Source of the DNA: Candidatus Entotheonellaceae bacterium
GTDB taxonomy: Bacteria > Tectomicrobia > Entotheonellia > Entotheonellales > Entotheonellaceae
DNA: 64,000 bases
Direction: 5' to 3'
Assembly: GCA_965238075.1 (NCBI GenBank)
Contig: OZ250173.1
Coordinates: 768,001 to 832,000, forward strand
The position numbers were made by a program, and so were the translations under genes. Below, piece after piece: positions 38,384-50,199 of this stretch; the stretch's first letter is position 1; the number at the start of each line of letters is the position of its first letter. The notes under the pieces were generated by a model, which saw only the letters and a program-made list of their open reading frames with translations, had not been told where the DNA came from and made no database searches.

Positions 38384-38878
38384 TCATGCTCCTTTATTCT
38401 GTTGCAACGCCTGCAACTGGGCTTGCAACCGGGCCACCGTGTCTTCCATCTCGCGCAGCCGTTCGGCATCCGCGGCGGCGCTGGTCTGCAGGCGGGCTTT
38501 TTCGATTGCCTGCTGGATGGCCTTGCCGAGCAATCCGGAATTCACCTGATCCTTACGGAAATAATCCAGCGCGCCGGCCTGCATGGCCGCCACCGGCAGG
38601 CGCTCCTCGCCGAAAGCCGTCAGCATGATCACCGGCGTTGTCATACCCCGCTGTTGTTTCTCTGCCAGAAAAGCCAAGCCGTCCATGTCCGGCAGATAGT
38701 AATCCAGCAGCACCAGGTCGTAGGTCTGCGAGGCGAGTTCTTCCAGCCCGGCGCGCGCCGAATCGCTGTGGGTGATCGTAAAACTGGCGGCATTGGCTTG
38801 TTGCAGAATGCGCTCGAGGAGCAGCGTGTCGCGCTTTGAATCGTCGATCACCAAGAGTCGGTAGGACGGGGTTGCCAT
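38384..38878 (-). CDS. Response regulator (REC + short coiled coil)
   Basis: LLVIDD, LLDYYLPDMDG, MLTAFG, GALDYFRK. Confidence 0.88.
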   Translation of the reverse strand: MATPSYRLLVIDDSKRDTLLLERILQQANAASFTITHSDSARAGLEELASQTYDLVLLDYYLPDMDGLAFLAEKQQRGMTTPVIMLTAFGEERLPVAAMQAGALDYFRKDQVNSGLLGKAIQQAIEKARLQTSAAADAERLREMEDTVARLQAQLQALQQNKGA

Positions 38879-38912
38879 CGTGTTGTTTCCTCCTGAGGCT
38901 GTCAGACCTTCT

Positions 38913-39353
38913 CTATAAGTCCGGCGGCAATTCCACCGTTTCCAGCCAGAAACTCGCCAAGTGGCCAATGACCTCCGTAAAGCGGCTGAATTCAACGGGT
39001 TTCAGCAGATAGGCGTTGGCGCCGTTCTCGTAGGCTTGGCGCACGTCATCGGAACGCCCGGATGTCGTCAGAATGATGATGGGCACCTGCCGAAAGCGCA
39101 CGTCCTGCTTGACGCGCTGCATGAACTCGTGACCGCCCATGCGCGGCAGGTTGAGGTCCAGCAAGATCATGTCCGGGCGCGGCGAGCTGTCGGGAACCGT
39201 GTAGGCGCCCTCGCGGTGGAGATATTCCAGCGCCTCGTCGCCGTCCCGCACCACCCGCAGGTCGTGCGGGATATTGGCCTGCGCGAAGGCCCGCTCTGTC
39301 AGGCGCACGTCGCGCGGATTGTCCTCCACGAGCAGTACGGTCAGGCGGCGCAT
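38913..39353 (-). CDS. Single-domain response regulator (Rcp1-like)
   Basis: LLVEDNPRD, PDMILLDLNLP, ILTTS, GANAYLLKP, FWL. Confidence 0.92.
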   Translation of the reverse strand: MRRLTVLLVEDNPRDVRLTERAFAQANIPHDLRVVRDGDEALEYLHREGAYTVPDSSPRPDMILLDLNLPRMGGHEFMQRVKQDVRFRQVPIIILTTSGRSDDVRQAYENGANAYLLKPVEFSRFTEVIGHLASFWLETVELPPDL

Positions 39354-40972
39354 GGTGAGCCCTCCGTTTTCGGAATCGTGAACCAGAATGTCGAGCCGAC
39401 GCCCGGCGCCGACTCCACCCCGATTTGGCCGCCATTCGACTCGACAATTTTCTTCACGATGGTCAGCCCGGCGCCGGTGCCCGGATATGCCTCACGGGTG
39501 TGCAGCCGCTTAAAAATCTCGAAAATGCGCCCGCAATGCTCCTCGGCGATACCGATGCCGTTGTCGCTCACCGCAAAACGGTAGTACCGCTCGTGGTCTT
39601 CGCACGCCACGCTCACGCGCGGCGTTTCGCCGTTGGTGAATTTAAGCGCATTGCTGATCAGGTTGCTGAAAATCTGCACCAGCCGCACCTCGGAATACAT
39701 GACGGTGGGCAGCGACTCGGGCAACTGAACATCGGCCCCGGTATCATTCACCTCGAGTTGCAGATCATGCAGCACCCAATCGAGCACCCGCCGCACGTCC
39801 ACGCTCACCGCCTGGGTATGAATGCGCCCGATGCGGGAGTATTCAAGCAAACCGTCGAGCAACTTTTTCATGTGCAAAGCGTCGTCGATGATTTCCTCGC
39901 ACAACTGGCGGCCCGCCTCGCCGAGCACCTCGCCGTAGTCGTCGACGAGCCAGCGCGCGTAGCCCTCGAAGGTGCGCAGCGGCGCCTGCAAATCGTGGCT
40001 GGCGGAGTAGGCGAAATCCTCCATCTCCTGCCGCAGTCGGGCACGTTCAGTGACGTCGCGGAACACAGAAAGCAGGCAGGCCTGCCCTTCGTATTCGATA
40101 AGACGCGTGGATGCCTGGACGATGATGGTGCGTCCGCGGCGGGTGCGAAGCTCGCTGCCGCGGCCTTCGATATGATGGCGCTGGGTGACCTGTTCCAGCA
40201 GCACCAGGCGCTGTTCGGGATGCACATAGAACTCCACGGCGTCCAGCCCGACCATGACCTCCGGGCCGTCGAACTCCAACAACTCGGCGGCGCGTGGATT
40301 GGCTTTCAGGATGATGCCGGTGGAATTGGTGACAACCACGCCGTCGGGAGACAGGTCAAACAGACCGTGATAGAAGGCCTCGGAGCGGGCCAAATCCTTG
40401 GAGGCCTCGGGAATATCGACGAGCGCGTCGGTAGCACTCGGTGTGGCGCCGTGGGTGGCAGCCTGGATGGTAAATAGGGTTGGTTGCCCCTGCAAGCGTC
40501 CATACAGTCGCAGCGCCTGGCGCGCCACGTCCTGCAACAGCGACAATGGCGCCTCGGGTGGGAGGGCGACGGCGGCCGATTCTTGAGCGGCAGGTTGGGA
40601 ACCATTGCCGCGTTCGAGGGCACCCCGTTGCTGCTCGGTTGCCGCCGCCAGACGCTGCGCCAGGGTATCTCCGCCGATCTCCCGCACAACCGTGTGCACG
40701 CCTTGCAAGAACCGTTCACAGCCGGCTTGCACCTGTTCCGGCCTCTCACCAGCTATGGCCTTCGCCAAACTGCCCGGCTCCAGCCCCCGTGCCGACCACG
40801 CGAAGTGCGACAGAAACGGGTAACGCTCACGCAGCGCACTCCGGCTCAGCGTGACGAGCTCCTGGGTTGCAGCGGCGCCCAGCAGGCTCTCCAGGTATTG
40901 CCACACACAAGCGTAGAGCGATTCGTAGAAATGCGCCGTGCGAAGCCGCCAGTCCTGCTCGTTGCGGGCCAT
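39341..40972 (-). CDS. PAS-domain sensor histidine kinase (cytoplasmic)
   Basis: PAS region, FAYSASHDLQAPLR H-box, NLISNALKF, DNGIGI, GTGAGL; no TM segment. Start codon chosen by inference. Confidence 0.9.
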   Translation of the reverse strand: MARNEQDWRLRTAHFYESLYACVWQYLESLLGAAATQELVTLSRSALRERYPFLSHFAWSARGLEPGSLAKAIAGERPEQVQAGCERFLQGVHTVVREIGGDTLAQRLAAATEQQRGALERGNGSQPAAQESAAVALPPEAPLSLLQDVARQALRLYGRLQGQPTLFTIQAATHGATPSATDALVDIPEASKDLARSEAFYHGLFDLSPDGVVVTNSTGIILKANPRAAELLEFDGPEVMVGLDAVEFYVHPEQRLVLLEQVTQRHHIEGRGSELRTRRGRTIIVQASTRLIEYEGQACLLSVFRDVTERARLRQEMEDFAYSASHDLQAPLRTFEGYARWLVDDYGEVLGEAGRQLCEEIIDDALHMKKLLDGLLEYSRIGRIHTQAVSVDVRRVLDWVLHDLQLEVNDTGADVQLPESLPTVMYSEVRLVQIFSNLISNALKFTNGETPRVSVACEDHERYYRFAVSDNGIGIAEEHCGRIFEIFKRLHTREAYPGTGAGLTIVKKIVESNGGQIGVESAPGVGSTFWFTIPKTEGSPCAA

Positions 40973-41227
40973 GGACCTCGTTCCCCTATCTCTTCGGACA
41001 AGCTCGCAGCGCCTACCGTGCGATCCTGTGGTACGGTGGACCCCCTCCCTCCGCAACGCCGTGCTAAAAAGCGGTAGATCATAGATTAGCAGGGTGGATA
41101 AGACAAGATACAGAAAATAGACCTCACTCCTTCGGGAAGGAAGAACCGATTTTGACCGTGCTTTTCAGCAGCCTGAATGCTATATTCGCACCTTTCACGG
41201 CATCCATCTCGGGTAAGGAATCCTGTT

Positions 41228-41539
41228 TTGTGGGTAGATATTGCGTACGCTCAAGGGTCGATATTCGGCGGGGCGGGTGATTTACTGAGTTCACTGTTCC
41301 TTTTCCTCCCTCTCATCCTCATTTTCTACTTCCTGATTTTCCGTCCGCAGCAGAAGCAGCGTAAGGAATTCCAGCAACTGGTCGCGGGCCTCAAGAAGGG
41401 CGACCGCATCGTCACCCGCGGCGGGCTCGAGGGCGTCATTGACAAGATTGAAGAGAAATCGCTGCGCCTCGAATTGGGCAACGGTATCAAGCTGAAGATG
41501 CGGCGCGATTATGTCGATCAGGTGTTGCAGGACACCTGA
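41228..41539 (+). CDS. yajC: Preprotein translocase subunit YajC
   Basis: IFYFLIFRPQQKQ, LKKGDRIVTRGG; TAAGGA before TTG at 41228. Confidence 0.93.
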   Translation: MWVDIAYAQGSIFGGAGDLLSSLFLFLPLILIFYFLIFRPQQKQRKEFQQLVAGLKKGDRIVTRGGLEGVIDKIEEKSLRLELGNGIKLKMRRDYVDQVLQDT

Positions 41540-41565
41540 TCCGAAACACTCTTTGCGGGCCATGC

Positions 41566-43128
41566 GTGGGAGACAACGTGGGACGGACCTTATTGATCAA
41601 ACTCGCCGTTGTAGGCGTCGTGATTATTGCCAGCCTGGTGCTGTCCATACCGCCGGGGGAGAAAATCTCGCTGGGGCTGGACCTGCGCGGCGGACTGCAC
41701 CTCGTGCTGGAGGTACAGGTTGACAAAGCAGTGGAACAATCGCTCGAACGCACCGCCGAAACCGTTCGCAAGGACCTGCTGGCTTCCGGGGTCGGCATTG
41801 TGGCCGTGGAGCCCTACAACCTGCAGGGGATTCGTTTGCTGTTTCGCGAGCCGCCCGAGCAGGCGGCGGTGAATGACGTCGTGCTGAATGCGCTGCCTTT
41901 TTCCCAGTCCGTGGAGCAATCCCCGGAGGTCTGGACGTATGAGATTCCAGCCGATGAACTGGACCAGATCCGCAGCGACGCGGTGAGTCAGGCGCTTGAG
42001 AAAATCCGCAACCGCGTGGACGCCTTTGGCGTCAGCGAGCCCAGCATCAGCCGCCAAGGCGCCCACCGCATCGTCATCCAACTTCCCGGTCTTGAAGACG
42101 CCCAGCGCGCTATCGACCTGATCGGCAGGACCGCCCAGCTGGAATTCAAGCTGGTGCAGTCGCTGGCCACCAATCCCAACGAGCCCGCCCCGCCCGGTAC
42201 CGAGGTCCTCTACGAAAAGGTGAAAGACCCACAGACACAGCTAATGGTCCGGGGCCAAGCCTACATCGTCGAGCGCCGCGCCGGCCTCACCGGTAACATG
42301 CTCGCCGACGCCCGCGCGTTGCCGGATCAGTATCAGTTCGGACAGTATTACGTGCAGATGCGGCTCAACAGCCGCGGCAAGCGCCTGTTCGGTCGCCTGA
42401 CGCAGGAAAACGTGGGGCGCGCCCTGGCGATCGTCCTCGACGACACCATCTTCTCGGCGCCGGTGATCCAGGAACCCATCCTCGGCGGCGAGGCGCAAAT
42501 CACCGGCACGTTCACCCCGGAGGAAGCGCGCGACCTCGCCATTGTGCTGCGCGAAGGCGCCCTGCCGGCGCCGGTCAGCATCATTGAGAACCGCACGGTC
42601 GGCCCATCGCTGGGCAGCGACTCGATCCGCCGGGGGCTGCGCTCAACCATCCTCGGCGGCGCGCTGGTGATCCTCTTCATGCTGGCCTATTACCGCATGT
42701 CCGGCCTCGTCGCCGACGTCGCCCTGGGCCTGAACCTGCTCATCCTGATGGGCGTCCTGGCGCTCCCCGGCCTCGGCGCCACCCTGACCCTGCCGGGCAT
42801 CGCCGGCATCCTCTTAACCCTCGGCATGGCCATCGACGCCAACGTCTTGATATTTGAGCGTATCCGAGAAGAATTGCGGCTCGGCAAATCGGTGCGCAGC
42901 GCCGTCGACGCGGGCTTTGCCAGGGCCTTCACGGCCATTCTGGACGCCAACGTCACCACCCTGATCGGTGCCTTGGTTCTGTTCCAGTTTGGCTCGGGGC
43001 CTATCAAGGGCTTTGCCATCACCCTCAGCATCGGCCTGTCGGCCAGCATGTTCACCGCGGTGTTTGTCAGCCGCACCATCTTCGAAACGGTCTTCAGTCT
43101 GCGGCAAGTCAACCGACTGAGCGTCTAG
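41566..43128 (+). CDS. secD: Protein translocase subunit SecD
   Basis: LGLDLRGG, RVDAFGVSEP, VGPSLG, TLTLPGIAG, DANVLIFERIREE. Confidence 0.97.
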   Translation: MGDNVGRTLLIKLAVVGVVIIASLVLSIPPGEKISLGLDLRGGLHLVLEVQVDKAVEQSLERTAETVRKDLLASGVGIVAVEPYNLQGIRLLFREPPEQAAVNDVVLNALPFSQSVEQSPEVWTYEIPADELDQIRSDAVSQALEKIRNRVDAFGVSEPSISRQGAHRIVIQLPGLEDAQRAIDLIGRTAQLEFKLVQSLATNPNEPAPPGTEVLYEKVKDPQTQLMVRGQAYIVERRAGLTGNMLADARALPDQYQFGQYYVQMRLNSRGKRLFGRLTQENVGRALAIVLDDTIFSAPVIQEPILGGEAQITGTFTPEEARDLAIVLREGALPAPVSIIENRTVGPSLGSDSIRRGLRSTILGGALVILFMLAYYRMSGLVADVALGLNLLILMGVLALPGLGATLTLPGIAGILLTLGMAIDANVLIFERIREELRLGKSVRSAVDAGFARAFTAILDANVTTLIGALVLFQFGSGPIKGFAITLSIGLSASMFTAVFVSRTIFETVFSLRQVNRLSV

Positions 43129-43143
43129 ACAGGTTCATCCACC

Positions 43144-44223
43144 ATGCTTGAATTGATCCCCAGCGGACTACGCATCGATTTCATCGGCAAGACCAAGGTC
43201 TGTGTCATCGCCGCCGTGGTCGTCATCCTTCTCGGCCTGGGCTCCATCGCGCTGCACGGCGGCCTGAAACAGGGCATCGACTTCAGCGGCGGCACCCTGC
43301 TGCACCTGGGTTTCGGGCAAGACGTGGAACTCGGCGTGGTGCGCGAGGCGCTGGCGCCGGTGGGGCTGGAGCAGAGCATCGTGCAGCATTTCGGCAGCAG
43401 TGACGAAGTGCTGATCCGGGTGGCGCAGTCGAAGGAGGACATGTCCTACATCGCGGTTCAGCTGCAGGAAGCCTTGCAGCAGAAATTCCCGCAGCAACAG
43501 GTAGAAATTCTGCGGGTGGAGGTGGTGGGGCCGCAGGTCAGCGCGGATTTGCGGCGTAAGGCGCTGTTCGCCCTGTTTTACGCCGTGCTGGGTATCGTGA
43601 TCTATCTGTCCGGACGCTTTGAGGCCAAGTGGCTCATCTCGCTCGCCCTGGCGGGAACCATTTTCATCGTGACGTACCCGATCATGCAGTGGCTGCCCAA
43701 TGTCTCTCCCACCATCCTGATCGTCGTCGCCCTGGCCGTCACGACGGTCTTCAGCCTGCTGCTGCGGCTGCACTACGCGCTGGCAGCGCTGGTCGCCGTG
43801 TATCACGACGTGCTCGTCACCGTGGGGCTGCTGTCGATCTTCAACCGCGAATTCGACCTGCAGGTGGTGGCGGCGCTGCTGACCATCATCGGCTACTCGC
43901 TGAACGACACCATCGTCATCTTCGACCGCGTGCGCGAAAACATGCGCAGCCGGCGTTGGGACAACTTTCCGTCGGTCGTCAACCAAAGCCTCAATCAGAC
44001 CCTCAGCCGCACGGTCCTCACCTCGGGCCTGACCCTCTTCGTCATCGTGTCCCTGCTCCTTCTCGGTGGCGAGGTCATCCGCGGCTTTGCCATCGCCCTG
44101 CTCGTCGGCGTCATCGCCGGGACCTTCTCCACCCTCTTCATCGCCAGTCCGCTGCTCGTATACTGGCAACAACGCACCCCACGCCGCCAATCCAGCGGTC
44201 TCGCCGTCGGTGGCACGAGTTAG
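43144..44223 (+). CDS. secF: Protein translocase subunit SecF
   Basis: GIDFSGGT, VGPQV, HDV, IGYSLNDTIVIFDRVRE. Confidence 0.96.
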   Translation: MLELIPSGLRIDFIGKTKVCVIAAVVVILLGLGSIALHGGLKQGIDFSGGTLLHLGFGQDVELGVVREALAPVGLEQSIVQHFGSSDEVLIRVAQSKEDMSYIAVQLQEALQQKFPQQQVEILRVEVVGPQVSADLRRKALFALFYAVLGIVIYLSGRFEAKWLISLALAGTIFIVTYPIMQWLPNVSPTILIVVALAVTTVFSLLLRLHYALAALVAVYHDVLVTVGLLSIFNREFDLQVVAALLTIIGYSLNDTIVIFDRVRENMRSRRWDNFPSVVNQSLNQTLSRTVLTSGLTLFVIVSLLLLGGEVIRGFAIALLVGVIAGTFSTLFIASPLLVYWQQRTPRRQSSGLAVGGTS

Positions 44224-44306
44224 ACAGGCCCCCCACACGGTCCTTATGCGATTGTCAAGACGCGCGAAGCACGCCCCCAATTTAGAACCATGACAGGAAA
44301 ACCCTT

Positions 44307-45437
44307 ATGGTGATCGGCATCCCCAAGGAAATCAAAACCGAGGAGACCCGCGTCGCCATCACGCCCAGCGGCGTTGCCGCCCTGGTGGCGCACGGCCACC
44401 GCGTTGTGATTGAGACCCAGGCCGGTGCCGGGAGCAGCCTCTCAGATCAGCAGTACGCCGCGGCTGGGGCTCATATCCTGGATTCCGCCGAAGCGGTCTG
44501 GGCGCAGGCCGACCTCATCCTCAAGGTCAAAGAGCCGCTGGCCGCTGAGTACCCGTTTTTGCGGCCCGGCCTGATCCTGTTCACCTACCTCCATCTGGCC
44601 GCCGAAGAACAACTCACCCGGCTGCTGCTGGATCGTCAGGTGACAGCGCTGGGCTATGAAACCATTCAGTTGGAGGACGGCTCGTTGCCGCTGCTCGCGC
44701 CCATGAGTGAGGTGGCCGGGCGCTTGGCAATTCAAGTTGGAGCGTGGAGTCTGCAAGCCCAAAACGGAGGCCGGGGCGTCTTGCTGAGCGGCGCATCCGG
44801 CGTGAAGCCCGGACACGTGATCATTCTCGGGGCCGGCATTGCCGGCGCGAGCGCCTGTCAGGTAGCCGTCGGCATTGGCGCCTACGTGAGCATTCTGGAC
44901 GTGAACCCGGCACGACTGCGCTACGTCCACGACATCCTCGGCGGCCACGTCACCACCGTCATGTCCAACCGGGCCAATATCGAAGAGGAAGTAACCACTG
45001 CCGATCTGGTCGTCAGTTCCGTCCTGGTGCCGGGGGCGCGCACGCCGAAACTGCTCACCCGGAGCCTGTTTCACGACATGCGACCGGGGACGGCGTTCGT
45101 CGATATCTCGATTGATCAAGGCGGCAGCGCGGAGACCTCACGCCCAACGACGCACCACGACCCGATTTACCGCGAGGAGGAAGTGGTGCATTACTGCGTC
45201 ACCAATATGCCCGCTATCGTTCCCCATACCTCGACCTACGCCCTGACCAACGTCACCCTGTCCTACGCCCTCGAACTGGCCGATAAGGGCGTGGCCGCCG
45301 CCCTGCGGGAGAACCCCGCCCTGCAACGCGGGCTGAACACCATCAACGGTCACGTTGTCCACCCCGGCGTGGCCGCGGCATTCGACCTGCCCCGCGCCGA
45401 CATCACCTCGACGTTATCCGCCGAAGCCGAGCAATAG
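44307..45437 (+). CDS. ald: Alanine dehydrogenase
   Basis: IGIPKEIK, KVKEP, FTYLHLA, LPLLAPMSEVAG, IDQGG, HYCVTNMP. Confidence 0.95.
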   Translation: MVIGIPKEIKTEETRVAITPSGVAALVAHGHRVVIETQAGAGSSLSDQQYAAAGAHILDSAEAVWAQADLILKVKEPLAAEYPFLRPGLILFTYLHLAAEEQLTRLLLDRQVTALGYETIQLEDGSLPLLAPMSEVAGRLAIQVGAWSLQAQNGGRGVLLSGASGVKPGHVIILGAGIAGASACQVAVGIGAYVSILDVNPARLRYVHDILGGHVTTVMSNRANIEEEVTTADLVVSSVLVPGARTPKLLTRSLFHDMRPGTAFVDISIDQGGSAETSRPTTHHDPIYREEEVVHYCVTNMPAIVPHTSTYALTNVTLSYALELADKGVAAALRENPALQRGLNTINGHVVHPGVAAAFDLPRADITSTLSAEAEQ

Positions 45438-45455
45438 AGCATTTTCGATCAAGCC

Positions 45456-45548
45456 GCTGGTCGAATTAGCGAAGCGTAATCCGACATTCCATCGCGCCAC
45501 CAACCGCGAAGGTTTCTGGTATCGGATTACGTCTGCGTCTAATCCAAC

Positions 45549-45552
<4 letters not shown>
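45456..45552. repeat. Inverted GTAG-type REP doublet between convergent ald and argG
   Basis: GCTGGTCGAATTAGCGAAGCGTAATCCGAC (45456-45485) and ATCGGATTACGTCTGCGTCTAATCCAACCTAC (45521-45552). The argG TAG lies inside the second copy. Confidence 0.8.
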
Positions 45553-46768
<1,216 letters not shown>

Positions 46769-46772
<4 letters not shown>

Positions 46773-47707
46773 ACGTATCTCCCTTCCGGGTTGACCAGAA
46801 ATGCCAGCAGGGCCTTTTGGGCGTGCAGGCGATTTTCCGCTTCCTCGAACACCAGCGAACGCGGCCCCTCCAGAACCTCGGCGGTGATTTCCTCGCCGCG
46901 ATGGGCGGGCAGGCAATGCATGGCCACGGCGTGCGAAGCGGCCCCGACCATCAACTCCGTTCCGACCTGATACGGGCGAAAAATCTCGGCCCGCCGCGCG
47001 GCCTCAGCTTCCTGACCCATGCTGGCCCACACGTCCGTGTACACCGCATCGGCGCCGCTGACGCCCTGGCGCGGGTCCTCGACGACTTCCAACACTGCCC
47101 CGGTGCCCTGCGCCAAGCTCTCGGCCTGCTCGCAAACGGCAGCGTTCGGCTCATAACCGGGCGGGCACGAGACGGTCAGCCGTAAGCCCGTCTGCGCGGC
47201 GCCCAGCAGCCACGAGTTGGCCACGTTGTTGCCATCGCCGACGTAGGCAACGTGCAAGCCGCTCAGGCTGCCGAAATGTTCCCGCAGTGTCAGCAGGGCG
47301 GCGAGAATCTGACACGGGTGCAACAGGTCGGTCAGGCCGTTGATGACCGGCACGCTGGCATGCCGCGCGACTTCCGTCACGTCGTCGTGCTCGAAGGTGC
47401 GCATAACGACGACGTCGTAATACCGCGACAGCACCTGGCCGACGTCCCCCGCCGACTCCCGCGTGCCAAGCCCGACCTCCTCCTTGCGCAGGGTGGTGAC
47501 GGCACCGCCAAGCTGCACCATGCCGACCTCGAACGACGCCCGCGTGCGCAAGGACGGCTTCTCCAGATATACCGCCAGGGCCTTGTCGGCCAACAGGGGT
47601 GTCGATTCGCCGCGTTTTCGCCGCGCCTTGAGATCGATGGCCAGGGAGAGCAGTCTATCGATCTCCGCCGGCGTTACGTCGGCGAGCGACAGTAAATCCC
47701 GTTTCAC
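46769..47707 (-). CDS. argF: Ornithine carbamoyltransferase
   Basis: [41 protein letters not shown]. Confidence 0.95.
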
Positions 47708-47769
47708 AATGCCTTCCTTCGCCGTGGCTAGAGCACTTTCGGATCAAAACGGCGGGTAATCCGGGGCTG

Positions 47770-47875
47770 CCCCCTCACCCCTACCCCCTCCCTCCCGGGG
47801 AGAGGGAGCAAAAGCCTTCCGCGAGGCAGCTCTCTGGTCCCCTTCCCCCTGCGCGGGAGAGGGCTGGGGAGGGAG
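47770..47875. repeat. C/G-rich inverted repeat doublet between argB and argF
   Basis: CCCCTCACCCCTACCCCCTCCTCCCGGGGAGAGGG ... CCCTTCCCCCTGCGCGGGAGAGGGCTGGGGAGGG. Confidence 0.72.
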
Positions 47876-47893
47876 GTATGATCCGAAATTTAT

Positions 47894-48781
47894 TTAACGG
47901 ACTATCTCCGTGCCCACGCCGCGGTCCGTGAACAGTTCCAGAAGCACCGCGTGCGGAACCCGGCCATCGATGATATGGGTCTTGGCGACCCCGCCGTCGA
48001 GAGCGCGCAAGCACGCCTCCACCTTGGGCAGCATGCCGCCGGCAATCACAGCCTCGTCCTGCAATTGTTGAATGGCCTGCCGATCGAGGCTCGGCAGCAG
48101 CTTCTTGTCACGGTCCTGAATCCCTTCCACGTCCGTCAGAAACAGCAGCCGCTCGGCTTGCAGGGCGGCGGCGATGTCCCCAGCGGCAGTGTCGGCGTTG
48201 ATGTTGTAGCTTTCCCCGTTTTCGCCCACACCCGTCGGCGCGATGACGGGGATGAAGCCGTTGTTCTCCAGCGTGTGAATAATCGACGTGTTGACAGACG
48301 TGACTTCCCCGACCAGCCCGATGTCAATCAGTTGCGGCGGACTGCCGGGTGCGACGGAGCGGTACAACCGTTTCTTGGTGGCGGTGATCAAGTTGGCGTC
48401 CTTACCGCTCAGGCCAACCGCCTGGCCGCCGTGCAGGTTGATGGTGGCGACGATCTCCTTGTTCAGCTTGCCGCCCAGCACCATGTCAACCACTTCCATG
48501 GTGGCCGCGTCGGTCACCCGCAGCCCCGCCTCAAAACGCGCCGAGATGCCCATGCGCTTCATGATGGTGTCGATCTGCGGCCCGCCGCCGTGCACGACGA
48601 CCGGGTGCATGCCCACGCACTGCAGCAGCACAATGTCGCGCGCAAAGGAATCACGCAGCGCCTCGTCGGTCATGGCGTGGCCGCCGTATTTCACCACGAC
48701 GGCCTTGTTGGCAAACAACTGAATGTATGGCAGAGCCTCGATCAGGGTGTGGGCCTGCTGGATGTGGTCAGTCGCGTGCAT
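47894..48781 (-). CDS. argB: Acetylglutamate kinase
   Basis: LIEALPYI, VVKYGGHAM, VHGGGPQI, GLRVTD, NINAD, GGMLPK. Confidence 0.96.
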   Translation of the reverse strand: MHATDHIQQAHTLIEALPYIQLFANKAVVVKYGGHAMTDEALRDSFARDIVLLQCVGMHPVVVHGGGPQIDTIMKRMGISARFEAGLRVTDAATMEVVDMVLGGKLNKEIVATINLHGGQAVGLSGKDANLITATKKRLYRSVAPGSPPQLIDIGLVGEVTSVNTSIIHTLENNGFIPVIAPTGVGENGESYNINADTAAGDIAAALQAERLLFLTDVEGIQDRDKKLLPSLDRQAIQQLQDEAVIAGGMLPKVEACLRALDGGVAKTHIIDGRVPHAVLLELFTDRGVGTEIVR

Positions 48782-48811
48782 GACCAATGACTCCTCGCGC
48801 AGCGGCGGGCT

Positions 48812-50176
48812 TTACAGGATGTAGCGGGTCATGTCCTCGCTGCTGACGATGTTTTCGAGGCGTTCCACGACGTACTGGCGGTCGATGGTCACCTGCGCGT
48901 CCGTCATATCCATATCCGAGGCGCGGAAGGAGAGGTCGTCCAGCAGCCGCTCCAGGATAGTGTACAAGCGGCGGGCGCCGATGTTTTCCGTCTGCTGATT
49001 GACGCGGTCGGCAATGCTGGCGATTTCCTCGATGGCGTCGTCGCTGAACGCCACCTCCACACCCTCGGTGCCGAGCAGCGCCCGGTACTGCTTAAGCAAG
49101 GCGTTGCGGGGCTCGCGCAGAATGCGCACAAAGTCGTCCTTGCCCAGGGCCTGCAGCTCGACCCGGATGGGAAAGCGCCCCTGCAATTCGGGGATCAGAT
49201 CCGACGGTTTGGAGACGTGGAACGCCCCGGCGGCGATGAAGAGAATGTGGTCGGTTTTCACCATGCCGTATTTCGTGTTGACCGTGCTGCCCTCGATGAT
49301 CGGTAGCAGGTCGCGCTGCACGCCCTCGCGCGACACGTCCGGGCCGCTGCTGCGCTCACGCCCGGCGATCTTGTCCAGCTCGTCGAGGAAGATGATACCG
49401 GACTGCTCCACACGCCGCACCGCCTCCTTGACCACGGCATCCATATCGACCAGGCGCTGCGCCTCTTCCTGCATGAGGATGTTGAAGGCGTCGGGGACCT
49501 TGACCTTGCGCCGCTTCTTGCGCTGCGGAAACAGGTTGCCCAGCATGTCCTTGATGTGAATGCCCATGTCTTCCAGCCCGGAGCCGGACACCACCTCGAT
49601 CATCGGCAGGTTGTTGCCGTCCTGCACCTCAAACTCGACAAATCGGTCGTCGAGCTTGCCATCCCGCAGGTATTGGCGGAACTTCTCGCGCGTCTTCTGG
49701 TAATGCTGCTGCCCGAGGTCGTCGAGATTGCCGGACGATTCAGCATCCGGCGCGCTCGGCGGCTGCGGCAGCAACAAATCCAGCAGACGTTCCTCGGCGT
49801 TCTCGGCGGCCTTCTCCTCCACCCGCCGCATCTCCTCCTGCTGCGCCATGTTTTTACTGAGTTCGGTGAGGTCGCGGATCATCGATTCCACGTCACGCCC
49901 GACGTAGCCGACCTCGGTGAACTTGGAGGCTTCGATCTTGAGGAAGGGGGAGTGCGCCAGGGAGGCAAGACGGCGCGCCACCTCGGTCTTGCCGACCCCG
50001 GTGGGGCCAATCATGATGATATTCTTGGGCGCCACCTCGTTGCGCAACTCCGGGGCCAGTTGTTGACGGCGCCACCGGTTGCGCAGCGCGATCGCCACGG
50101 CGCGCTTGGCGTCGTCCTGCCCAACGATGTATTTGTCCAGTTCTTGAACGATCTCACGCGGGGTGAGGGCATCCAT
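48812..50176 (-). CDS. hslU: ATP-dependent protease ATPase subunit HslU
   Basis: [43 protein letters not shown]. Confidence 0.97.
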   Translation of the reverse strand: MDALTPREIVQELDKYIVGQDDAKRAVAIALRNRWRRQQLAPELRNEVAPKNIIMIGPTGVGKTEVARRLASLAHSPFLKIEASKFTEVGYVGRDVESMIRDLTELSKNMAQQEEMRRVEEKAAENAEERLLDLLLPQPPSAPDAESSGNLDDLGQQHYQKTREKFRQYLRDGKLDDRFVEFEVQDGNNLPMIEVVSGSGLEDMGIHIKDMLGNLFPQRKKRRKVKVPDAFNILMQEEAQRLVDMDAVVKEAVRRVEQSGIIFLDELDKIAGRERSSGPDVSREGVQRDLLPIIEGSTVNTKYGMVKTDHILFIAAGAFHVSKPSDLIPELQGRFPIRVELQALGKDDFVRILREPRNALLKQYRALLGTEGVEVAFSDDAIEEIASIADRVNQQTENIGARRLYTILERLLDDLSFRASDMDMTDAQVTIDRQYVVERLENIVSSEDMTRYIL

Positions 50177-50199
50177 ACGGCAACCTGCTGAGGGGAGGG

